Below are positions 18,621 to 27,636 of a stretch of 64,000 bases of DNA, one piece after another. This DNA is from Gemmatimonadota bacterium (lineage in GTDB: Bacteria; Gemmatimonadota; Gemmatimonadetes; Gemmatimonadales; GWC2-71-9): the NCBI GenBank assembly GCA_039587475.1, contig JBDHIK010000005.1, positions 5,741 to 69,740 on the forward strand. Reading direction: 5' to 3'. The notes under the pieces are model-generated. The model searched no databases. It was not told the origin of the DNA and saw only the letters and a program-made list of their open reading frames with translations. The position numbers and the translations under genes were made by a program. The number at the start of each line of letters is the position of its first letter. Position 1 is the stretch's first letter.

Positions 18621-19688
18621 TCAGCGGGCCGGGGCCGCCCGTTCTCTCACGAGTGAATCCACCACGGGCGCCAGGCGATCGGCAATGATGCGCCCATAAC
18701 GCTCGGCACCTTCTTCGTTGATGTGCATGGTGTCCGTGAAGATGTCCCGGCGGGTGGCGGGATCACCGACGAGATCCGTCATGTCGATGACGGGCGTGTC
18801 CGTACTGTGGGCCACCCCCTCGAGGGTGGCGCTGTACTGGTGGTAGATGCCCTGGTAGACGGCCAATTTCCGGTGGAGCCCTCTGGGAAAGTGCATGATC
18901 GCCAGGTCGTCGGCCTCTGGAGCGTGTGTCAGCAGGCTGCTGAGGGAGACCAGAAACACTGTGCTGCCGTCTGATCTCGATCGAGTGACGAGTTCTGTCA
19001 GGTTCTGCGAATAGAGCGTCGGGGTGAATGCCTGGAGCGTTTCCTCCTCCTCAGGTGTCAGTGGCGAGAGGTCGATCGGCTTGGCGCGTTCCCTGCGACC
19101 CAGGAAGTAGTAGGGGATGCGCAGAAAGTGGAGGTGCATCATGGCCTTGCCAATCGCACTGGGCTCGCGGTACAAGCCTTCGTTCTTGTAGCGGAGCCCG
19201 AAGGGGTGGAACTGGGCCATGTCGTTCCAGCCGAGATTGATGACCGTGATATCGGGCTTCAGGTCTCCCAGTGTCTCTTGATACCAGTCCAAGGCCTGAG
19301 ACGAGGAGTAGCCTGGCACGGCGCCCACGATGGCTTCGACCGCCACATCGCCATGCACGTTACGCAAGATGTCTTCGACCACCCGGGCGTAGTTCCGCCC
19401 CGGAGGTCTGAAGGTGACTGAGTTCCCGATGAACAGAATCCGGACGGTTCCGGGACGGCGGGCAACGTCGAATTCCGGGCCGAGGAAGCCGAGCGAGTTG
19501 ATCGCGATGTCTCCCGCCCGATAGCCCGGTGTCAACTGCGAGCCCCTGGTCGGGTGGTGCCTGCGGAAGCCACCGATCGTCATGTTGAAGACCGTGTTCG
19601 ACTCGAACAGGAGCCGCGTCGCGCCCTCCAAGCCGGCAACGACCAGGCAGCCGGCAGCGAGGATGAGCCCGAGTTTCCTCCAGGTCAT
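18621..19688 (-). CDS. SGNH/GDSL-type hydrolase (membrane anchored or secreted)
   Basis: N-terminal hydrophobic helix, ILFIGNSVTF (block I Ser) and NLGWNDM (block III). GGAGA lies 7 nt upstream of the ATG. Confidence 0.65.
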   Translation of the reverse strand: MTWRKLGLILAAGCLVVAGLEGATRLLFESNTVFNMTIGGFRRHHPTRGSQLTPGYRAGDIAINSLGFLGPEFDVARRPGTVRILFIGNSVTFRPPGRNYARVVEDILRNVHGDVAVEAIVGAVPGYSSSQALDWYQETLGDLKPDITVINLGWNDMAQFHPFGLRYKNEGLYREPSAIGKAMMHLHFLRIPYYFLGRRERAKPIDLSPLTPEEEETLQAFTPTLYSQNLTELVTRSRSDGSTVFLVSLSSLLTHAPEADDLAIMHFPRGLHRKLAVYQGIYHQYSATLEGVAHSTDTPVIDMTDLVGDPATRRDIFTDTMHINEEGAERYGRIIADRLAPVVDSLVRERAAPAR

Positions 19689-19821
19689 CTGCCGTCTCCG
19701 GGAGACTCCATCGACCGCTCGGGCGAGCGGAATGCCCTGCCGCCGATGGCTGTTGGGACCTTCCCCAACCAGTGAAGATGCCGGGCAGAGTGGTGGAGCC
19801 GGCTTTGTTGGGGTCGCGCCG

Positions 19822-20247
19822 TCAGTCTGCGCTTCCCATCACCTTGATCACTACCCGCTTGCGGCGCTGCCCGTCCCACTCGCCGTAGAACACCCGCTGC
19901 CACGGTCCCAGGTCGAGCGCCCCGTTGGTGATGGGCACGATGACCTCATGGCCCATCGTGAGGCTCCGCAGGTGCGCCGCCGCGTTGTCCTCTCCAGTCT
20001 CGTTGTGGCGGTAGCGCTCGGGATCCCAGGGCGCCACCGTGTGCTCCAGCCAGTGCAGGATATCGTGCCACAATCCCGATTCGTGGTCGTTCACGAACAC
20101 GGAGGCGCTGATGTGCATGGCGGACACGAGTACGAACCCCTCCGCGACACCGGCCAGGCCTACCTGCTCGGCGACTTCTTCGGTGATGTCGATGATCTCC
20201 TGGCGCCGATCGGTCTGGAACCAGAGGTAGTGGGTATGCGAGATCAT
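19822..20247 (-). CDS. yjbQ: YjbQ/UPF0047 family protein (secondary thiamine-phosphate synthase-like)
   Basis: 141 aa, with EGFVLVSAMHISASVFVNDHE and NAAAHLRS motifs characteristic of UPF0047. Confidence 0.85.
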   Translation of the reverse strand: MISHTHYLWFQTDRRQEIIDITEEVAEQVGLAGVAEGFVLVSAMHISASVFVNDHESGLWHDILHWLEHTVAPWDPERYRHNETGEDNAAAHLRSLTMGHEVIVPITNGALDLGPWQRVFYGEWDGQRRKRVVIKVMGSAD

Positions 20248-21527
20248 GACGGTGGCTCCTGGGGTGTCGCGCTCCTGTCCGCATCACGCGCGGCCTGAAT
20301 ACCGGCACGTTCATCGACGGCAAGCAACACCGCGCCTCCCAGCAGGAAGAACAGCAAGACCGAACCCATGCCGGCGCGTTGCCCGAAGGCCCCGCTCAAT
20401 TCCCCAAGCAGCAGCGGGCCCATGAACGCCGTGGCCTTGCCGGAAAACGCAAAGAAGCCGAAGAACTCGGCCTGGTGGCGCTCCGGGACGAATCGTCCCA
20501 TGAGGGACCGGCTGGCTGACTGGTTGGGGCCGACGAACAGGCCGATGCAGATTCCCGCCACCCAGAACCACGCCCGCGTCGGCGCCACGACCGCAATGAC
20601 CGTGGCTGTCGACAACGCCACCAGGCTGACCAGGACGGTGATCTTGCCGCCCACCTTGTCGTCCACGATCCCGAATAGCAGGGCACCGGCCCCGGCGGCC
20701 ACGTTGAGCACGATCCCGAAGATCATCACTTCGCCAAACGTCATGCCGAAGGTGCCGGCCGCGTAGATGGCACCGAACGCGAAGATGGTCACCAGGCCGT
20801 CGTTGTAGATCAGCCGGGCCACCAGGAAGGTGACCACCTCCCGGTACTGTCTGAGCTGGCGGAACGTCCGGCCCAGTTCGCGAAATGCGCCTCCGATGTC
20901 CAATCCCTTCGTGGTACCTGGTTTGTCCTTCAGGTAGAGGAAGGCCGGCATGCTGAAGAGAAGAAACCAGCCGGCCACCAGCAGATTGGTGGCCCGGATG
21001 TGGAAGCCACCCTCCGTCGGCAGCGACAGCAGCGGCGGCATCCCTTCCAGGCCCACGAGGAAGACCAGGCCCAGCGCCAGTGCCAGCAGGCCACCGATGT
21101 AGCCCAGGCCCCAGCCATATCCCGAGACCCGACCGATCCGATCGGGCGGCACGATGGCCGGGAGAAAGGCGTTGTAGAAGACCATGCCGACCTCGAACGC
21201 CACGTTGGCGATCACGAAGACCCCCAGCGCCAACAGTACGGCGTATTGGCCGGTTGGCGCCACGAAGGTCAGAGCGGTGGTCGCCACCACGCACACGAGC
21301 GTCGAGGCCAGCAACGCCTTACGGCGCGCCCCGCCCCGGTCGGCCATGGTGCCCAGGATCGGGCTCAGCAACGCGATCAGCACGACGTTCTCATTGGGAG
21401 CGAACGTCTTGGTGAAGTAGGTGGCGTAGACGAACGTCACCACGAGCGTCGTGAAGGCGGAGTTGGCCCAGTCGTAGAAACACCAGGCCGTTATGGTCGA
21501 CTTCGAGCCCCAGCGGGATGTGCTCAT
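20244..21527 (-). CDS. MFS transporter, UMF1/Atg22-like family
   Basis: 427 aa and polytopic. The N-terminal WCFYDWANSAFTT motif is typical of UMF1. Its stop overlaps the yjbQ start. Confidence 0.8.
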   Translation of the reverse strand: MSTSRWGSKSTITAWCFYDWANSAFTTLVVTFVYATYFTKTFAPNENVVLIALLSPILGTMADRGGARRKALLASTLVCVVATTALTFVAPTGQYAVLLALGVFVIANVAFEVGMVFYNAFLPAIVPPDRIGRVSGYGWGLGYIGGLLALALGLVFLVGLEGMPPLLSLPTEGGFHIRATNLLVAGWFLLFSMPAFLYLKDKPGTTKGLDIGGAFRELGRTFRQLRQYREVVTFLVARLIYNDGLVTIFAFGAIYAAGTFGMTFGEVMIFGIVLNVAAGAGALLFGIVDDKVGGKITVLVSLVALSTATVIAVVAPTRAWFWVAGICIGLFVGPNQSASRSLMGRFVPERHQAEFFGFFAFSGKATAFMGPLLLGELSGAFGQRAGMGSVLLFFLLGGAVLLAVDERAGIQAARDADRSATPQEPPS

Positions 21528-21583
21528 GCGCGCCTCGGGTGGGAGGCCCTACAGGATGTCGCTGCGCGGGAGGTCTGGCGTGT

Positions 21584-22408
21584 TCAGTTCATCGCTTCCA
21601 GAGCGGCCACGCGCTCTTCAATCGGCGGGTGGGTGCTCATCCAGCGGGCCACCCCGCGAGCGCCATGGGCTGCCAGGGGATTGACCTGGGCCAACGGTGC
21701 CGCCGCCGGCGCTACGTCCATCGGGATGCGGCGCGCCATGGCATCCAGGCGGCGCAGGGCGTTGGCCAGGGATTGCGGGTGGCCCAGAATCTCGGCTCCG
21801 ACCCGGTCCGCCTCGAACTCCCGTTGCCGGGAGATCGCGAACTGAATCAACATGGCCGCGATGGGGGCGAGGATGATCAGCACCAGGCCCACCACTGGGT
21901 GCCCGTCGTCGTCACCGCCGCCGAACAGCAAGAGGTAGGGGAGATAGCTGATGGCGCCGGCCAGGCCCGCCGCGATGGTGGAGATCAACATGTCGCGGTT
22001 CTTGATGTGGGCCAATTCGTGGGCGATGACACCTTCCAGCTCGTCCTGCGGCATGCCCTTGAGGATGCCCGTCGTGACGGCCACGACCGCGTGCTCGGGA
22101 TTACGGCCGGTCGCGAACGCGTTGGGCTGGTCCTGGCGCGCCACGGCCACCACCGGCATCGGAAGACCGGCCCGTTGCCGCAGGCGGTCCACCATGGCAT
22201 ACAGCTCGGGAGCCTCGGCCGCAGTGACCACGGTGGCGCCATACATCCGCAGCACCATCCGGTCCGAAAAGAAGTACATCACGAAGTTGATGCCCGATCC
22301 GAGCAGAAACGCGAGGATCAGCCCGTTGCTGCCACCGATGGCCTGGCCCGCGGCCATGAACAGTGCCAGCAGGCCGGCCATCAGCAGGAAAGTCTTGGTG
22401 TTGTTCAT
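21584..22408 (-). CDS. htpX: Membrane zinc metalloprotease HtpX
   Basis: 274 aa with HELAHIKNRD (HExxH), the NAFATG motif and four hydrophobic helices. Confidence 0.9.
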   Translation of the reverse strand: MNNTKTFLLMAGLLALFMAAGQAIGGSNGLILAFLLGSGINFVMYFFSDRMVLRMYGATVVTAAEAPELYAMVDRLRQRAGLPMPVVAVARQDQPNAFATGRNPEHAVVAVTTGILKGMPQDELEGVIAHELAHIKNRDMLISTIAAGLAGAISYLPYLLLFGGGDDDGHPVVGLVLIILAPIAAMLIQFAISRQREFEADRVGAEILGHPQSLANALRRLDAMARRIPMDVAPAAAPLAQVNPLAAHGARGVARWMSTHPPIEERVAALEAMN

Positions 22409-22414
22409 GGTCCA

Positions 22415-22443
22415 ATTCTAGGGTGAATCACGGCCCGGGTCAA
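22415..22443 (-). promoter_or_regulatory. Near-consensus sigma-70 promoter of htpX (TTGACC-17 nt-TAGAAT)
   Basis: On the minus strand, TTGACC is at 22443-22438, followed by a 17-nt spacer and TAGAAT at 22420-15. Only 6 nt (tggacc, no Shine-Dalgarno) separate the -10 element from the htpX ATG at 22408. Confidence 0.55.
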
Positions 22444-22447
22444 CTGC

Positions 22448-22476
22448 TGTAACACATTGTCCTACAAATGGTTACA
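22448..22476. repeat. AT-rich inverted repeat/hairpin between moeA 3' end and htpX promoter
   Basis: TGTAAC(a)CATT-8 nt-AATGGTTACA gives 10 bp of pairing with one bulge. It sits in the lowest-GC patch of the locus, 5 nt upstream of the htpX -35 element. Confidence 0.4.
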
Positions 22477-22494
22477 TATGCCGCAACCAGTGGC

Positions 22495-23748
22495 CTAGGC
22501 GAAGGGGGGGTCGGCGCGATGCACCGGGTCCTCCAGCAGGATGGCCGACAGCTGCGCCCCGGCCGCAGTCTCCCCCTGGCCCTCCGGGACGATGAGCAGG
22601 GCATTGGCCATGATCATCGATGTGAGAATGCCGGAACCCTGTGGCCCGGTGAGGCGGGCGGTGCGACCTGCCGCCTCCGGGGTCACGATTGCGCGAAGGA
22701 AATGCTGCAGGGCAGCAGATACGCGGATCGGCTCGGTGACGTGAACCGGTACCGCGCGCCGGAAGCACAGGCGGTGACCAGTCATCTTGCGAATGGCCGG
22801 CCGGACGAAGAGCTCGAACGTGACCATGGCGCTGACGGGATTCCCGGGCAGGCCCACCCACGGCATGTCGCCGATGCGGCCGAATCCAACCGGCGCCCCC
22901 GGTCGCATTCTCAGTCGCCAGAAGTCGATGTCGCCTCCGACTTCCTGCAAGACCTGTCGCACGTAGTCGTGCTCGCCGACACTGATGCCGGCGCTGGTGA
23001 CGAGCACGTCGCAGCCCGCAGCGTGTTCGATATGCTGCCGCAGGCTCTCGGGCGTGTCCTTCGCGATGCCGAGGTCGACCGGCTCGCCACCGGCCAGACA
23101 GACCAGAGCACGGAGGGTGTGGCTGTTGGACGACGCCGTCTTACGGCCGCTGAGGATGTCGTGCGGATGGTCGATGTCCGCGATCTCGTCGCCGCTACCC
23201 AGGATGCCGATACGCGGGGCCCGATGCACCAGCGGGTTGGCCACCGCCATCGAGGCCAGAACGCCGAGGTGCCCCGGTGTGAGCGCGGTCCCACGGGAAA
23301 GCACCTTCGTGGCCTGGCGGATGTCCTCCCCGGCCTGCCGGACGTTTCTGCCGGCGTCCCGGTCGTCCGTCACGGTGACGACGGGATCCCCCAGGTCGGT
23401 GTCTTCCTGTCGTACGACACAATCGGCGCCGGTTGGGAGCGCGGATCCGGTGAAGATGCGGGCGCACTCTCCCGGTCCCAGCGCGACCGTCGGGAAGCGT
23501 CCCGCCGGCAGATGCTCCACGATGCGCAACCGGATCGGCCGGTCCGTGGACGCCCCGGCAATGTCGTCGCTCCGGGCGGCGTAACCGTCCATGGCGGAGT
23601 TGGTGTGGGCCGGGATGTTGAGTGGGCTGACCACGTCCTCCGCCAGCACGGCACCCAGGGCATCGTCGAGATGCACCCTGAGTGCTGGTTGGATGGTCAC
23701 ATGGTCCAGGATGTGGAGGGCCGCTTCGGCGGCCGAGAGCGGCCTCAA
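22495..23748 (-). CDS. moeA: Molybdopterin molybdenumtransferase
   Basis: MoeA domains are present throughout (SPLNIPAHTNSAMDGYA, TGGVSVGEHD-like ITSAGISVGEHDYV). I prefer the TTG start at 23748 because it overlaps the mobB stop as TTGA. The 435-aa ORF-track start would overlap mobB by 58 nt. Confidence 0.85.
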   Translation of the reverse strand: MRPLSAAEAALHILDHVTIQPALRVHLDDALGAVLAEDVVSPLNIPAHTNSAMDGYAARSDDIAGASTDRPIRLRIVEHLPAGRFPTVALGPGECARIFTGSALPTGADCVVRQEDTDLGDPVVTVTDDRDAGRNVRQAGEDIRQATKVLSRGTALTPGHLGVLASMAVANPLVHRAPRIGILGSGDEIADIDHPHDILSGRKTASSNSHTLRALVCLAGGEPVDLGIAKDTPESLRQHIEHAAGCDVLVTSAGISVGEHDYVRQVLQEVGGDIDFWRLRMRPGAPVGFGRIGDMPWVGLPGNPVSAMVTFELFVRPAIRKMTGHRLCFRRAVPVHVTEPIRVSAALQHFLRAIVTPEAAGRTARLTGPQGSGILTSMIMANALLIVPEGQGETAAGAQLSAILLEDPVHRADPPFA

Positions 23749-24278
23749 GGTCCGATAATCTTGGCGCCGTCCCAGGCGATGTTGGCCAGGAGCTGCAGCC
23801 ACATGGTGTCGCGGAACCGGAGCACCGTGGTGTCCGCCTTGAAGTTGTCGTCGTCGGTGACGATGGCGATCCAGTCGCCAGCGCGGTCAGAGGTCGGGTC
23901 GTAGAACGGTGTGTCTGAGACTTCTCGCCGGTACACCTCGATCTTGGGAATCGGGTGGGATGTGAAGCCCTCGGCCATCACGATATCGGCCTCCGACAAG
24001 TAGGTACGCGCCAGGGTGATGGGGTCGGTATCGTCCGCGGTCCGTTCGAACAGGCCCCGCATGTGCGGGCTCGCGATGAGAACCCGTTCGGCCTTGCCTT
24101 CGCTGAAGTGGCGGTAGGTGTCGGTCCCAGGGGTATCGATGGTGGCTGGGTGGCTGGCGTGCTTCATGGTCATCACCCGATGTCCCCGACGGACGTACTC
24201 CGCGGCCAACGCCACGGCCAGGGTGGTCTTGCCCGCGCTCTTCTTGCCGACTACCGAGATGATCCGAGTTGCTGCCAC
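23745..24278 (-). CDS. mobB: Molybdopterin-guanine dinucleotide biosynthesis adapter protein MobB
   Basis: GTG start. It has the P-loop VVGKKSAGKTTL and MobB-like length and sequence. Confidence 0.85.
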   Translation of the reverse strand: MAATRIISVVGKKSAGKTTLAVALAAEYVRRGHRVMTMKHASHPATIDTPGTDTYRHFSEGKAERVLIASPHMRGLFERTADDTDPITLARTYLSEADIVMAEGFTSHPIPKIEVYRREVSDTPFYDPTSDRAGDWIAIVTDDDNFKADTTVLRFRDTMWLQLLANIAWDGAKIIGP

Positions 24279-24868
24279 AGTGCATCCGCCCGAATGAGGT
24301 CGTCCCGCGTGTTCACGTTGAAGAACATCGTGGCCGGGTCGCCGAACTGGTGAACCTCAGCCTCAGGGAGGATACAGGTCTTCACCGATTCATGGAAGGC
24401 AACGGCCCGAAGGTCCCCGGCGGCGAGGGCGGTCTCCATCGGCCCTCGGCACCCGGGCTGGTACAGGGCGCACATCGGCTCCACGCCGCGCCGGCCGCCA
24501 CTGGCGGGCAGGACGACGTCACAGGGGCCTGACCTGGCCACCAGATGGGCGATCAGAGCAGGGGGCACCAGCGGCATGTCCCAGGCCAGGCAGACCACCG
24601 GGGCAGGGGTCTCGACAACCGCTGTATAGAGGCCGGCGAGGGCTCCTCCAGCGACCCGGTCCGGCACGACTCGCAGGTCTGGCCGCCACGTTCCTGCTTC
24701 GGGATCGTTCGCGATCAGGACCGGGTCGGAGCCCAGAGCCGCCTGGAGGGCCTCGACCAGGATGTCGAGAATGCGTCTGCCGCCGACCAGGGCCAGCCCC
24801 TTGGGGCCGCCCCCGAACCGCCGAGCCTGGCCGCCCGCGAGGATGGCACCGTGCACGTGAGGTGACAC
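24251..24868 (-). CDS. mobA: Molybdenum cofactor guanylyltransferase MobA
   Basis: AILAGGQARRFGG N-terminal motif and MobA-like fold length. Its 3' end overlaps mobB by 28 nt. Confidence 0.8.
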   Translation of the reverse strand: MSPHVHGAILAGGQARRFGGGPKGLALVGGRRILDILVEALQAALGSDPVLIANDPEAGTWRPDLRVVPDRVAGGALAGLYTAVVETPAPVVCLAWDMPLVPPALIAHLVARSGPCDVVLPASGGRRGVEPMCALYQPGCRGPMETALAAGDLRAVAFHESVKTCILPEAEVHQFGDPATMFFNVNTRDDLIRADALWQQLGSSR

Positions 24869-24882
24869 GGCGTCAGGGTCGG

Positions 24883-25668
24883 TCAGTAGCGCCGCCCCCG
24901 GCTCTTTTCGAGCACGATTTCAAATCCGATTTGTACCGAGAAGAGGTGCTGGTACTTGGCCTCGGATGGCGGCTTGATGCCGGCGCGGTTGGAGGCCATC
25001 GTCACGGCGTCGTAGCCGACGATGTTGTCGCGGACCTCGAACCGGATCTGGTAACCGCCCCGCTTGGTCCCCGCGGTGAAGCCTGCGCCCAGGACGGCAG
25101 TCGGGCTGAGGCTTCTGGCGTCGTCATCGACATAGACCTGGACGACACCGTTCCCGGTGCGCCCCTCCATGGCCACGGAACTGCGGTTGATGATGGCGAC
25201 GCCAAGCCCGGCCCGCACATAGGGTGAGACCGAGCCGCGAGGGCTGATGCGCCACATCGCCCCTGCGGTGATCTGCACGGTCGAGGTTCCGTTGGAATCG
25301 CCGTCGATGTCTCCGCAGGCGGTGGCCACGTCCTGGTCACCGGTGGAGAAGGCGATCTTGCAGGTGTCGTCGTAGTTGGTTCCCGTGAAGAACACCTCGC
25401 CGGACAGTCCGAGATTGGGCTTCGGGAAGTAGATGCCGTAGAACATCAACCCGAGGCCGCCCGTGACGGAGCGGGTCAGCGCGAGGGTGTCGGCGACGCC
25501 CGGGTTGAGTTGCAGCGGCTGGTTGGGCACGCTCCACAGGTCGGTGTTGCCCGTGAACGAGAGCGCGACGCCGAACACCAGGTTGGCCTGGGAACCTGTC
25601 TCCTGTGCCGCGGCCGCGGCGGGCGCGACGCTCAGGCATGCTACCAGGACGGTGACCACTCGGTTCAT
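24883..25668 (-). CDS. Putative outer-membrane beta-barrel protein
   Basis: ATG 25668 gives the signal peptide MNRVVTVLVACLSVAPAAAAAQE. Alternating beta-strand pattern. No family was recognised. Confidence 0.5.
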   Translation of the reverse strand: MNRVVTVLVACLSVAPAAAAAQETGSQANLVFGVALSFTGNTDLWSVPNQPLQLNPGVADTLALTRSVTGGLGLMFYGIYFPKPNLGLSGEVFFTGTNYDDTCKIAFSTGDQDVATACGDIDGDSNGTSTVQITAGAMWRISPRGSVSPYVRAGLGVAIINRSSVAMEGRTGNGVVQVYVDDDARSLSPTAVLGAGFTAGTKRGGYQIRFEVRDNIVGYDAVTMASNRAGIKPPSEAKYQHLFSVQIGFEIVLEKSRGRRY

Positions 25669-25782
25669 TGTTCCCCCAAAGAATCCGGATCGAGACTCGT
25701 TCTCCACTGTCCGTGTGCCCTTCGAGACGTACGCCGGGGTGTGACCGGACACACGGTGGTCCATCTACGGCCACCTGCGTCC

Positions 25783-26571
25783 CTACGGGCTCGGCCCCGG
25801 TCCGGTTTGCGGACCATGGTAGTCCGGGGTGGCGCTGGCCGCTCGCCCGACCAACGTCATGCCCGCGCGTCGCGAGATGTCTCGCGCCAGCGTCGAGGGG
25901 ACTGACGGCGTCGCCACGTAGCCCAACCGAGCCCGGGCCGCCTTGAAGGCCAGTTCGGCGCTGATCCGGCCGGTAACCAGGAGCCCGAGGCCGGAGACGG
26001 CCCGGCCCTCGAGGAGAGCCGCGCCGATGACCTTGTCGACGGCGTTGTGCCGGCCGATGTCTTCGGCGTGACACACCAGGTCTGTGCCGTCGGTCAACCC
26101 GGCCGCGTGGATCCCGCCGGTATCGCGATAACGCTCCCCACGCTGGAACAGGCTCTTGAGCAACCCCCGCAGGACGTCAGCATCCGGAGGGTGTCCGTGC
26201 GGTTCCGCACTGGGTCCCTGATCCACCTCTGCCAGAAAGGTACTCACGGCACCGCAGCCCGACGCCAGGACCGGGCGGCGGCTCTCGGCCGCCACCGTGG
26301 CCACGTTGGCCTCCGGAATCTCGGCCCAGAAGCCGAGGTCGGTGGCGCAGGGCCGCAGTGAGACCTCGTTCATGCTGTGGACGTAACCTTCACCATACAG
26401 CCAACCGATCGCCAGCTCCTCGAGCAGGTCGGGTGTGCACATCCAGGTCACCGCGGGAGCGCCGTTGATTTCCAACCATACGGCGACCTCCTCCACGACC
26501 GCACCACGGCCGAAGCGGCTGCGCCGCTGCCGTTCCCGGCCTTCAGCCGGTGTGTTCGGTACAATCGGCAT
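25783..26571 (-). CDS. fdhD: Formate dehydrogenase accessory sulfurtransferase FdhD
   Basis: 262 aa with SGCGAVS (catalytic Cys loop), EDIGRHNAVDK and GRISAEL motifs. Confidence 0.85.
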   Translation of the reverse strand: MPIVPNTPAEGRERQRRSRFGRGAVVEEVAVWLEINGAPAVTWMCTPDLLEELAIGWLYGEGYVHSMNEVSLRPCATDLGFWAEIPEANVATVAAESRRPVLASGCGAVSTFLAEVDQGPSAEPHGHPPDADVLRGLLKSLFQRGERYRDTGGIHAAGLTDGTDLVCHAEDIGRHNAVDKVIGAALLEGRAVSGLGLLVTGRISAELAFKAARARLGYVATPSVPSTLARDISRRAGMTLVGRAASATPDYHGPQTGPGPSP

Positions 26572-26965
26572 ACAGGGTCGCGTCCTCGGAAATGCGGAGG
26601 CGCTCCAGCACGACGCCCCCGGGGAGTCGGGCCTGGATGCGCGGAAAGAGGTGGGCGGCCAAGGCCTCGCAGGTCGGGAGCATCTTCCCGTCTGCGCAGG
26701 CGGGGATCACCTCGTTCAGGTGCTGCTGGTGCAAGGGGTCGAGCACCTCCTGCTGCAAGATACCGTCGAGCAGGCGCAGATCCACGATGAGCCCTTCCGG
26801 GCCCAGAGGGCCACGCACGGTCACGCCGCACTGGTAGTCGTGGCCATGGCCCGGCGGGTCGCCCAGGGCGCCGAAGACCTCACGATTCTTCTCAGGGGTC
26901 CAGCTGGGTACGTAGTAGCGGTGCGTTGCGAAGAAACGGACCACGCGGGTGAGAGAGACAGCCAC
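26543..26965 (-). CDS. 6-pyruvoyl-tetrahydropterin synthase (PTPS/QueD) family protein, atypical active site
   Basis: GTG 26965 lies 2 nt after the upstream stop. FFATHRYY...PGHGHDY keeps the three Zn-ligand His residues. The sequence aligns along its length with eukaryotic-type PTPS as I recall it. Its 3' end overlaps fdhD by 29 nt. Confidence 0.7.
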   Translation of the reverse strand: MAVSLTRVVRFFATHRYYVPSWTPEKNREVFGALGDPPGHGHDYQCGVTVRGPLGPEGLIVDLRLLDGILQQEVLDPLHQQHLNEVIPACADGKMLPTCEALAAHLFPRIQARLPGGVVLERLRISEDATLYADCTEHTG

Positions 26966-26967
26966 GT

Positions 26968-27636
26968 TCAAAAAGCGATACCCAGTCCCGCCATGAACCA
27001 CGGGGAGATGACCCATTGTCCCGTGCTCGGATTGGCGGCCTGGAAGAGAGGCGGGTAGCTGAGCTTCCAGAAATTGGCCCGGGCCTCGAAACGGAGCTGA
27101 ATGGCCTGGGTGATGATCACGCGGGTGCCCAGTGTCGGGGTCAGGTAGATCTTGTTGCCGAAAGAGAATCCGGAGTTGTCGGCTGGAGTGTTCTCGGCGA
27201 TGGCCAGCCCGATGACGCCCGCGAAATAGGGTGCCAGTCGGTTCCAGCTCTTGCCCCCGGTGAGATTCAGTTGTGCCGAGACGTCGAACATGAGGACCTG
27301 TTGCGGCACGGGTCCGAGGGTCCTGAGCGTCAGCGTCGTGTCGGATTCGAGGATGACGATGTTGCGCTCGAGGTCTGCGACGGTCCCGCTGAACCCGAAC
27401 TGGAACGTGTTACTGAGACGAATGTCGAATCGGCCTCCGAGGGTGGTGCCATTGTGCGGCCCGACCCCGAGGCTGCCGCCGCTGCCACCGAAGTACCCCG
27501 TGGTCACCGTGAGGGCCATTCCTTTAGTAATGTCGCGGTACGGGGAGTTCCGCGGTTCGTGTCCGACCTGCGCCTCCGCCGCCCCCACCGCGAGAGCAAC
27601 GAGGACGGCCACCAGCCAGGCGCGCCGCCTATTCAT
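26968..27636 (-). CDS. Putative outer-membrane beta-barrel protein
   Basis: Signal peptide MNRRRAWLVAVLVALAVGAAEAQ, alternating strands and a C-terminal ...GLGIAF (terminal Phe). The start overlaps the gpmI stop (ATGA). Confidence 0.55.
   Translation of the reverse strand: MNRRRAWLVAVLVALAVGAAEAQVGHEPRNSPYRDITKGMALTVTTGYFGGSGGSLGVGPHNGTTLGGRFDIRLSNTFQFGFSGTVADLERNIVILESDTTLTLRTLGPVPQQVLMFDVSAQLNLTGGKSWNRLAPYFAGVIGLAIAENTPADNSGFSFGNKIYLTPTLGTRVIITQAIQLRFEARANFWKLSYPPLFQAANPSTGQWVISPWFMAGLGIAF

Noticed and set aside
20244-21527. A possible in-frame deletion in the MFS/UMF1 transporter, because the segment between the first and second helices (KTFAPNENVVLIALLSPILG) seemed short.
   Set aside because: This impression comes from memory of family members only. 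The ORF is intact, and I cannot verify the length difference without an alignment.
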